DNA from: Perna viridis | Taxonomy: Eukaryota | Direction: 5' to 3' | NCBI GenBank assembly: GCA_037379345.1 | Contig: CM074523.1 | Coordinates: 9,351,507 to 9,415,506, forward strand | Length of the DNA: 64,000 nucleotides | Part shown: piece by piece, positions 12,521 to 23,214 of the stretch | Numbering within the stretch: the first letter of the stretch is position 1 | How the letters are laid out: every line of letters starts with the position of its first letter | Translations under genes and position numbers: made by a program | The notes under the pieces: model-generated | The model's database searches: none | Told to the model about the DNA's origin: nothing | The model's input: only the letters and a program-made list of their open reading frames with translations

Positions 12521-13669
12521 GTTCATCTCTGTTTTTAATTGGAATTAACATTTCTGTACCCTTACCTTTTCCTGTGGAACATTTAAGTATTCTAAACTTT
12601 AAAAAAAAAATCACAGGAAAAACTCTAAATGAACTTATTCACCAACTAAAGCCTGCCTTCCAAACTTAACAAATCCTTTCAGTAATCCAATTTTTCTCCT
12701 TGCCAAAGGAAAGGTAAAACATAATAAATACCCCCCCCCCACTCCCCCACATCAGATCTGCACTTGCCCCAGGTGACGGAAAAGTGGAATCCTAGAACAC
12801 GGCATTAAAAGTAATTCACCACTATATCTCAATGTCACAAAATAGGTTAAGCCACACATGTAGGAAGCTGAATATATTTCATGGCATTTCATCAAAATAA
12901 TAAATGCTAAAATGGTGACTTATCCATCAGCTGATGAGCAGGAAACTAATAACATTTCTCCTCAATTTTTTTGCCAAAACTGAGACCTATTCATAATATG
13001 AAGTGCTGATGACAATGCACCATTTTGTCATAGCATGATGCATCCAAAACGTCTTGCCAAAACCTTTGAAGATCAAAAGCAGTTGAGTAGGATGTAGGCA
13101 TAGGTGCTAACCCTTCCAGATTCTGTGAGAAATTTTGATATTAGTCTCAAAATCCTGGTCAGTCAAAAATAACACGGCAATTTGATCTTTCATTTTGAAC
13201 TTTTAAACACAAATATGACATGATAAATCTGGATATTAAAACAGTGGCCAAACCCCTTTTGGACTGTAGAATTCATCCAGTTTTGGCAGGTGCTCATTTT
13301 ATCCAGGTTCAGAATACATTTAACTGACACAATCTGATGTAAGAAAGTATCTGGTTTAGACAGGTTTTCTGTTCATTCAAAATTTGGTTTAGACAGATTT
13401 TATGTTTATTCTGAGTTTGGTTTAGACAGGTTATTCAGGGTCTGGTTAAGACAGGTTTTCTGTTTAGAGTTTGGTTGACATATTTCACTGTATCACATGA
13501 TCATTATAAAGAACAAATATTGCATTTTCTTATTTAACATTAGTCTTCTTGATGCTGGTTTATTTTGGTGTATAGTTGAGTAAATTCGACCATTCAAATA
13601 TCTTTAAATATTACACTGCAAGTGGAGGGTCACCATTAAATAATTGTGTGATATTTCTTCAATTCTTAC

Positions 13670-13855
13670 CGCTGAAAAGCAGATAGTTTAGGAGTTGCTG
13701 CCCCTGATCTTGACTTGGGTGTAATTGGACATGAGCGGGTTTCTTCAAGTTTCGTCTCCATGTGAAATATCCTTTCTGTTATTGAGGGCATGTGTACCTC
13801 CTCCTCATTAGAATCTTTGGTGGTGGCGGAATCTTTTCGTTGAGCTTGCTCACGT
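13670..13855 (-). CDS. SVIL: Supervillin-like exon (186 nt, phase 2-2), REQAQRKDS...PSITERIFHMETKLEE...SAFQR
   Basis: Acceptor atatttcag| and donor CAGCG|gtaaga; open in the required frame, with protein-like composition. Confidence 0.85.
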
Positions 13856-15046
13856 CTGAAATATTTTATAAAGTATTAAAAATTGTATATTTAATACAAG
13901 AAAATTTCTGTGAAAAAAATATCAGTTTAGGTCAGATAGTAAATACCCTTCACAGGAAGGTGCCACGGGATTCAAAAAAAAATTCTGAGCCAACCTCAGT
14001 TACCTGTCATCATCATCAGTTTATATCCTGTGCTTGGCAGAGAAGCAGTAGCTAGGTAATTCAAAATCTTTGGTAAGACATGGGTGACACAGAACAAGGC
14101 CACACTGGAGACAAGCACGCTACCACAAGACTGTTCCATTCATATCAAAAATGAGTATGAACTACAGAGAAAGCTGTATGTGATGTGGCAGATCCACATT
14201 AAAGGGACAGATAAGGTGCAAATCAGAACTGGGTGTTTAAATGTAAATTAGAGAAAGCAATTAAATATCAATTCTTTATCAGATTGTATAGCATTCTAAA
14301 ACACTCAAAAGTTGTATTAGCTAAGTGTCACTGTTGTGGAAGCTAAAGGTGCTTAAAATTGAAGATGTGAACTTGTCATCAGTTCTTTTATCGAGAGTCA
14401 ACTTCTTGCTAACACTCAGGCTGTTTCCCTCAAGGAGGTAGACCTAGGGTATGGGAGAAAACTCTTGAAATCAGTGATATGCTTGTATCATATTCAATTT
14501 CATGAAAGCTTTTCAAGCTTTCATTTGAAACAAAATAAAATCAATCCAAGTTACTTTGATGCTTACATGAGATTGATGTAAAATGTTGAATACAAACGGT
14601 CTACCTCTTAATTATCCATCACTCCTTTTTCCATAATCATACAAGATTCTGCAATATGAGTTTTACCACATATTTATTGATTACCCAATATAAGGAGAAT
14701 TGATATGGTGAGTATGCAAAAGAGACAACACCCCCACTGGGATGAAAAAAGTCTGATGTCTGTTACTTTTTTAAGGGTTGTAGGAAGGGTGTTGTTAAAA
14801 AGAAGAACAAATTGACTCTGAGCATGATTTGAAAAAAAATACAGGATTGAATTATATGAAATTTTACATATAGGTGTACTTAATAACAAATATGACTTTA
14901 CCTAAGATCAGATATAAAAGTTACTTACATAAACAAGATTTCTAACAATATGATATGACAAAATTATGAGAAATGTCAGCAGCAGGATTTACGAAGAATA
15001 CATGTAAAATTCAGGAAATGTTATGGGGAAATAAACAAGTCTTTAC

Positions 15047-15124
15047 CTGGAAGAAATTTCTGCAGAGATAAATACTTCTGATATTCCCATGGTACATAGG
15101 ACACCATGTGCTACAAAACGATGC
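15047..15124 (-). CDS. Possible 78-nt cassette exon (phase 2-2), HRFVAHGVLCTMGISEVFISAEISS
   Basis: ccatcctgctgcag|...CCAG|gtaaag; open and frame-preserving in the phase of this intron. Confidence 0.3.
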
Positions 15125-16853
15125 CTGCAGCAGGATGGATATAACTGAGGATTTATTTATATGTTTACACAGATGATACATGTGTTTGTTTTACTGTGTA
15201 GTCATCAATAGAATAAGTCTTAGGAAGTACAGACATGAAGTTCAGTGTGGGCTGGATGTTTTTGAGGTCAAAAGGTCTTTAAACTTTGATTGAAAGGAGA
15301 GGCAATAGAAAACTGTAGTTGGAATTATAAAATTACAAGGACATTAAAATCCAAGTTGAATGACTGTGCATTCAAATGTTGTAGAAAATTACATTAACAA
15401 GATTTATTGTATTACATATACAATATTTTTTACAAGTAGATTGTTTGTATATAATCATGATTTCATGGCAGGCACAGATTCAACAGGGGGCGGGTTTTTT
15501 CTTGTCAAGTGCCCCTCTTTTTTTTGGAAAATTAATTTTTTTTAATGAAATCTTTTACTGTTCACAAATTTGACCCCAACAAATTTTCTTGCCTTGCTTA
15601 GCTTGGCATTTAATTCTATTTACATCCCAACCTGAAAGTTGGATCCGCCCTCACATAGCCACAGTTTTCTGAAAAATAACTTTTCTATTCCAGTAGTTTG
15701 TAAACTTGGAACATCTTACATAACCGGTACTTGCTTAAACTGCTGACATCATTTCAGGAAATCTAAGTAAGTTTATTGGTCCTGGTAGGGAAACCTAAAT
15801 TTTAACATCAAAGTGACATTGGCAATAGAATAAATGGTTTTAATGGTACTCACTGATTTACACTTTATGGTCATGTATGCAATGGCTGCAATGACTGAAG
15901 AAAGGCTGATTGATTGATTGATTGATGTTTTAACCTCCTTTGGCAGATATTCTGGCATTTCTGGATGAGGAGATTTGATCAATAGAACATGTTGAGCAGA
16001 TGAAGGGTTGAGCAGAAGAAGGTTTTAAAACTCATTAGGAAATGACATGGTTAAAAAAAAGCAGAAAATAAGTTCCAAAAAGAAAACAAATTACCAAGTT
16101 ATTGATATGATAATGGGACAGCACAAATTGAAGCCAGTTGGATTATCATGAATATAGTTCAAGTAAAACAATTAATTAAACACAGAATTGTACAAACAAC
16201 CTTGAACAAATAGCTGAAGTCAACCATCTCATCAGAATTCTCAAGTCTGGAAAATCACTCTCATAACAGTCATCACCATAGCCATGAAAACAGTTAACAT
16301 ATATCATTACCTCATCTGAGGCACTTCCTCAAAATTACATGAAAAATGTAAACAAACCATTACTTCCTCTAATTGTGACTGTACATGTACCTCTAACAAA
16401 ATTACTTATTCTATCCTAATATAAAACCTCTACCTCAAAATGTTTGATTCTACCACTAATATTACTGAAAATACAGGTTCATATTAGAAGAATTTTCCTC
16501 ACAAAACAATAATTGTGATCTTGAACCATTCAGATTTCATATCAAATCATGCATGTACATGTACATGTAGCATAATAAAAAAAATTCTTACCTCAAAATA
16601 TTGTATTCAGTAACAGACAACACAATACATGAAAAGTACTGCTCTTGTAGTTATTTATTGCATGTGACAGATGATTTGGGGTTCCCCAAGGGGAAAGTTT
16701 TAGAGGAGTCTCTCACCTGCAGCAGGTCAATAAAGATAAGAACAAGTGAATAATTGCTCTTTTTGTTGACTACTGCATGCAACAGATAAAAAATGATTTG
16801 TGGAGAAGCAAGGGAAATTACTCAAGTTCATGTTTATATCAACTACTTCATAT

Positions 16854-17320
16854 GGTCTCAGTATCGTATTAATTTTCCCATAGACTTCTATAGTGAAGTG
16901 CATATTTTTAGGATTTTTAAAAAAATATGTAAATTGATTCAATAAAACTTTCACTTATGTAGCATTTCTAAGGACATGTGAAAAAATAATTTCCCGCAAA
17001 GAAAATAGGGTGAGTCCACGAAGATCGGACAGAAAAGTAGTCTCGAACTATAAATAGCCATTTTCCCTACTTTCACTTTCGTTTTGCACTCACCAAACCA
17101 ACCTTTTCAGTGGAACATTTTTATGATGTTATGTTAGATTTTCTTTTAAAAAAGTTCTTCATCTTACAGTGTGATGTTTGCTCTATTTTATAAGTCATTG
17201 TTCATATCTTTTGACAAAATATTAGTTTGTAGAGAGGCAAAAAGAAAATGCACTATATTTTTATAGCATCCATGTTTTGACGTACACCTGCTCAGGGATA
17301 TGCAATACGATACTGGTACC
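16854..17320. mobile_element. Same MITE, copy 2, 4-bp TSD ATAT
   Basis: ATAT|GGTCTCAGTATCGTATT...AATACGATACTGGTACC|ATAT. Confidence 0.85.
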
Positions 17321-17554
17321 ATATGTATAATTGAACATGATTTAGGGAGGTCACATTTTAACTTATAAGTAATAATAACAAATGATTTAACACTCTCAAG
17401 TTGTGACAAAAAGACAGACACAGTGCCTTTTCTGAAAAAAGGGTGATACAATCAAACACAATTCTATCTCCTGGATATTCTCATTATTGACAGACAGACA
17501 GACGGACCCTAATAATAGGAAGGAAACAATGTCTCAAAGGGCATATGAACTCAC

Positions 17555-19134
17555 CTCAAACTTTCCTGGATATCATCTTGAGCAGAGGGTGTCACTCTGG
17601 ATCCTGTTTCTGTTTCAGGTGACTCCTCATGACGAGACCTTCGTCGTTGTAGAATTGTGGCAAGTTCTGGATCCACAACCACACCACCTTTCTTCATAGA
17701 TTCTGCTCTTTTTAAAATCCCTTTTGGCTTTGAACGTTCTCCTTCTTTTGAGCCATAGGACTCGGAGCGCTTCAGATTTGAAGACCCTAAATTAGCAAGT
17801 TTTGCTTCAGTTTCTTTAACTTTTTCTAATAATTTAGGAGACATTCTGCCTCTCCTTTCAGGTGATTTTCGAAGTTGCTCAACTTTTTCATGCATAATTC
17901 CAGACTTTTTTGTTACTTCCTCTCCTGAAACTTTTTGAACTAAATTCCCATCAATTTTCCCGTGAGAAGTTCTACGGACATCTTTGATAAAAGTGGTCAC
18001 CTGCTCAGATGACTCTACATTCACTTTAGACAATGCTGATGTAATTGTTCCTATTTCCTCGGACGACAATCGTCTAGTTTTGTTCTCGCTCTCTTTGTCA
18101 CCTAAATCCTGTGAAACTACATCTAGTACCGCTAAGCTTGTATCTATATCCTTCAATTCAGTTTTTACAACAGATGTTCTTTCTTGTTTTTGCACTGCAC
18201 CGTTAACCTTAGGAGCTGTATTGGATGTGGTGACCTGAGACCTTGCAAGTTCATGAGATGACCTTCTTGGAATGCGTGGAACAATTTTCACAGGAGGTTC
18301 CTGAGCACCTGATGTCACTTCAGATACAGTTTCTGACGCCTGCACCAGACTCTGTTCTATTGTGTCATGAAAATGTTTGTCAATTATTTTTGAATCAGTC
18401 TCCTGTCGTCTGCTTTTCAACATTGACAAGACCTCTTCATTCTGTATAACTTCTTCATCAGGTGCCAAAACTAAACTTTCAGCCTTTTCAACTTTTTTAC
18501 TTGTAATTCTATCCTTTTCTTCCTTTTCACCCTCTTTCTGTTGTGTTTTGACATGTTTTTTCCGCTTATTTAGAATTTCAGCAAGTTCATCTGAGGGTTT
18601 ATCACTAGCAGTACAAAGATACACTTTACTAGATTTCATTTCGTCAGTTTCTGTATGTACTTCTGATTCCACATGCTTGGCCTCAGATTTATTGTCAGTT
18701 TCTATATGTTCTTCAGATTGCACAAGGTCAGCTTCAGATTTATCAGGTATGTTTGGTAATGCTCTTCTATCTTTGGGTTCAGGGCTAAACCGTCTTTTCA
18801 TAAAATCAGACTTGAAACTTCCAGATCTCTGAACTCCTCGAATGGTTTCAATATCCTCTGGTGGAGGAGTTCGTTTTATTTTTAAAGACTGCGAGCGTTC
18901 TGGAGTGTTTCTGCGTGATTCATCGCTGCTGCCACTATTTATTGCACAAGCTTCCTGACGTCTTAAACCTGACTGTTTCCGTGATGACAGATCATCCTGT
19001 GGCTCAGGACTTGAGAATCGTTGAAGTAATGATGAGAAATTATTCTTGCGTGTGATTTTGGGCGGAGCTTTAGTGTCATCAGGTTTCTTTTCATTCTCAT
19101 TTTCACTGGAGAATTTCGAAATTGCTGATGATAC
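17555..19134 (-). CDS. SVIL: Supervillin-like exon (1580 nt, phase 0-2), VSSAISKFS...DIQESLR
   Basis: 533-aa ORF; acceptor ttcattacag|GTA and donor TTGAG|gtgagt. Confidence 0.9.
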
Positions 19135-19584
19135 CTGTAATGAATAAAGCAAAAAAAAAAACCTGAGTCACATGTACAAATCATAACAAATCATAAGTGT
19201 AGCTTTCACATGATACTCTTATGCACATCATAGGTGAAATTCACAAATCAATGTATGTTACAAACTTCATCAGATAATAATTATATTTCATATAAAAGGA
19301 CCCAGATGTTTTTTTTTTTTAAATTAACTTGTGATAAGAAGGAAAGAAGTGTTATGTGAATATAAGCTTACAATGTAAATACCCCCCCCAAAAAAAAAAA
19401 AAAAAATCTAATAGAGTTTAAAATGTAAAAATCTGAAGTTCATGTATCTAACTATGGAGTTCTAGGAAAGTAATCACATTCCTTCATGTAAATCAACATA
19501 TGATATCCAAAACTCCAAAAAAATTCGTCTAACCCAGACGACATTTTATTAGCAACTCAGTGAGTGTAAGGAAAACTATAATAC

Positions 19585-19690
19585 AGTCAACGAATCTGTT
19601 CTCATGGTGCAGTTTGATACACTGTAATTATCTACAAGTTCATAATGATGACCATAAAACTTCTGTAGTGATGACATCAATGACTTCAAA
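19585..19690 (-). mobile_element. Penelope-like RT C-terminal fragment
   Basis: Encodes SSLQKFYGHHYELVDNYSVS; homologous to 1603-1707. Confidence 0.65.
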
Positions 19691-19773
19691 TGTATGGACG
19701 GACAGAGGTCTCCCATGTTACATTTTTCAAATGATGGGCCTATGGACTCTTCATTTCTGGTTCCCATTCTTAC

Positions 19774-19905
19774 CTTGGATGGTAATGCAAACTTAGATGG
19801 AAGAAGACTATCTAGAACAGACTTTCCTGATGCATGCTGGGAAGTGTCATTATGAATATGGTTAGTGCCATGCTGGAATGTGGTATGAGAACGATGACTG
19901 GTTAC
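19774..19905 (-). CDS. SVIL: Supervillin-like exon (132 nt, phase 0-0), VTSHRSHTTFQHG...FALPSK
   Basis: Acceptor ttttccacccaacag| and donor CCAAG|gtaaga; 44 open codons. Confidence 0.75.
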
Positions 19906-21750
19906 CTGTTGGGTGGAAAAACAGGGTTACAAGCACACACACTGTAACAGTACATTCAATAAAGCTACTTTTCATTTAACTTTTAAACAATTAATTTCAT
20001 TAATCATAAACATTGCCAATTGTGATCATTGTCACAAAAATGTTAAGCTTTGACATTGCTGTTTTGAAAATAAAAACATTTAAAACCTGAAATCTGCAAC
20101 GATATAAATGCAAGGAAATTCTGCAAGATATTCAAGTTAACTGAAGCACCTAAATGAAACATATTAGGCCTTGAGATGTGGCGGTATTTTTTTAATGATT
20201 TCAGTTGTGACGTACATTTAAAAATCAAAATGTACACTAGCTTTTATTCAGACTTGGTCATTTTACTGCCTAATGCAAAGTTTTTTGCTATTAAGGACAT
20301 AGTACCAGCTTTAGTTGGATGTAAAACAAATTTAACTGAAGCAAATTCTACTCACTGACGAAAAAAATAATGAAAAAATTAGCCGTATGTTATAACTACA
20401 ATATAAGTGGGATCTTTTTCCCCCATGGTGATTTAACATTCCCAAAAACATGTATAAATTTAGTCATAATCTTCCATAGATGAGAAATAATTTAAGCTAT
20501 GGAAAAATTACATTCTATGAAAATTAAATCATCCATTTTTAAAACAAAAAAAAAGAGAACATTCAACCAGAGGAAAAAAAAATACCTGTACTATATATAC
20601 TAAACTAATTTTTCTATTTCCACAGCACACAAATTAGCTTTAATGCCAATATTTAGGCATACAACAAGACAGCTACAGCAAAGACAAAGGTTCAGTTTGA
20701 AGATCACAAAAATGGCTTAAACTTATGATGTAAATATATATAATTTTTGAGGTTGATAACTTCTGTCAAGTGAACATATTCACTGGTATCAATTTTCACA
20801 GTTATAGAAAGATGAATAGCTGATCAGCGTTATAAAGAGTTAAAAATCAATTTTGCAGGTACTACTTTTCGCATTTTTCAAGCCACTGTGAAAACAGTAA
20901 AAGTTAGTACAGCTCACAAATTAAAATATTTACAGTAGAGCCATTACATGAAAAAATAAGAGGCATCCTATTGTAAAATTTTGACCCTGTGATCGCATTA
21001 ACCTATATAGGGTGCTAAATTTTCTTCAACATTTCACATATGTCAACATCTACTGAGAAGGTTAAATCTATAATGGTTAGTAGAATTAAGGTCTGAGTTT
21101 AGTTTAACTATATCCTTGTTGAATGTGTATCTGTGAGTCTTTTCTTGTCAGCTTTTGACAAATATTACATTGAGAAGAAATTTTAAAATGAAAAAAAAAA
21201 ATGATGGGCAAAACTTCTTAAAGAAAAACTTCAAAGAAATTCATCATCAACTATAACTGTAACCAAATGAATTACTGGACACCAAAGAAAAAAAGATTGA
21301 TTGATTGATTATGGTCTAATGACCCACAATGTAAAATGAAAACATGAAGCCTATTCATGGAATTTGGTTGACAATAACTAACTTTTTTTTTACTAAGGGC
21401 AACCTTAGAAAGAACGATCTCTTGAATACCAGCTCTATTCATTACTTAAGGCTTAACAGTGCCATCTCTAATGTGTTTTTGTCAAGCACTTCATTTGGGG
21501 TCGCTCAATTAAATTTCTAAAGCTTTGAGAAAACTGAGGATAATTAAGATCTCCAAATTTTGAAATTAAATTTGAACCATTTTAATTAATACTTTATCAA
21601 GCCAACAACATGCTTTTACCTCATCATACTCGAAAGACACCTACAAACATGTGTAAAGAATACAGGCATTAAGCTTAAGCATAGAAGCCAACTGCTCATT
21701 GCAATTGCTCGGGAAATGCTGTCTTGACCTAAAGCTTTCCCAGCCAATAC

Positions 21751-21997
21751 ACAGCCAAATGTGCTACACATGAAAATCCTTTGGTTTGCAACATATGATA
21801 ATCATATGAATTGAGCATGCTATGATAATCATTTACATGTATCGCATGACCAGCATGTGATAATCGTGTGTTTTTTCACAAACATGATTACCATATGTGG
21901 TTCCATGACAAAATCAACATACAATATATGAGAATCATATAATAATCGTACGCTAGTTACATGTATCATACAATTATCATGTGGCACATTTGGCTGT
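21751..21997. mobile_element. MITE with 14-bp TIR and internal short palindromic repeats
   Basis: ACAGCCAAATGTGC...GCACATTTGGCTGT; internal catatg/atgataatcat motifs. Confidence 0.65.
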
Positions 21998-22032
21998 AAG
22001 TAAGTCAGAAAATTTGTGTTCCAGTATTAATA

Positions 22033-22237
22033 CTGTGAAAGTACTATTGTTAGTGGGGTACCAATTTTTGTGGTTTTCGTGGGTAGGCAAAACCATGAAA
22101 TTAGATTCCCAACAAAAAGGAGAATCCCACTGATGTGTACACTGAAATCCTAAAAACCACGAATTCAAGAATCCACGTACTAGTGTTTCTTCCCTAAACC
22201 ACGACAATTGGTATCCATGAATTAAAGTACTTTCACA
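22033..22237. mobile_element. Tc1/mariner-type MITE (TA-CTGT ends)
   Basis: ta|CTGTGAAAGTACT...AGTACTTTCACA. Degenerate relatives at about 4390-4618 and 20740-20937. Confidence 0.7.
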
Positions 22238-23134
22238 TAAAATTGATTGTATTGGTTAGATGTAAATTGTAATGAAAAATATGTGTCTTTACCCAACAAT
22301 ACAAACATACCCCCAATAGAAATAAAATCCCAGCAAGTTACAGAATTATTTTAAAAAAACTCATTTGTTTGTGTCTTATGGGTTCTGTTAGAAAATAATA
22401 ATATACAAGAACCAACATGGATTAAGCCTATAACCTAGATAACACACTTTTAATGCAAAATACTGTTTTTGTGTCATGAAGAAAAAAAAGAATTAAGTAG
22501 CTGTTTTAGTAAGAATCTTGCAAAATCTGAAAAATGTGATATACCCCAAAAAAGGCTACATATTTTTATTTTTGTAATGAAGTTGTTTTATGTGTCTTTA
22601 TTATGAAATGTGTAATTATTCATTCAAATCTGTCTGCTCTTAGGAGATAATCAACATTGAAAATCCAGTAGATTCTATTGTACTTGAGCGTCATTTACAG
22701 AGTTATCTCCCTTAATTTTGAAAACTACAGTGCATTCTATGTAATTTTTATCTCCTAAGAGCATGGGTAATATGAAAAACCACATGTTATTTTCTGTTTA
22801 CTATGACATTTCAAAATATCAAAAATTAAAATATGTAACCTTTCACCCATGAATCACATTTTACATGATCCTTAGCTGGAGTGCTACTTAAGTAGAAAAT
22901 TCAAGTTTTGAATACATTTTGATTTCATTTACACACAAACATAGAATTATAGACAGACTGTCAATCTTGCATGAAACCAGTATAATCATGAAACATAGTA
23001 TATGTAATATGTGAAAACCAGTAAACTCTAATCATTAGTAAATTGGGTCCTCAGGTTATCTATCCTTAAAGAAAATCTTATGTGATAGTCGTTAGTATGA
23101 GAATTAACTACAAAACTGACAGTTCAATACTCAC

Positions 23135-23214
23135 ATTTGATTTTGGTGAAACTTGATCAGATGAGTCAGATGATATTGATGGTGATATGGATGGCTTATC
23201 TCCCCCTGATAAAC
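23135..23214 (-). CDS. SVIL: Supervillin-like exon (80 nt, phase 1-0), GLSGGDKPSISPSISSDSSDQVSPKSN
   Basis: Acceptor tctatttttag|GT and donor AAAT|gtgagt. Open in phase 1 and bridges the phase between the flanking exons. Too short for the ORF track. Confidence 0.8.

Noticed and set aside
12931-12950. CTGATGAgcagGAAAc as a hammerhead ribozyme
   Set aside because: No convincing stems I-III or cleavage triplet in the right position.
17984-18832. Plus-strand ORFs overlapping exons (also 7261-7443, 51318-51806, 55520-58222)
   Set aside because: Antisense shadows of the real minus-strand coding exons; Ser/Phe/Leu-rich with no independent support.
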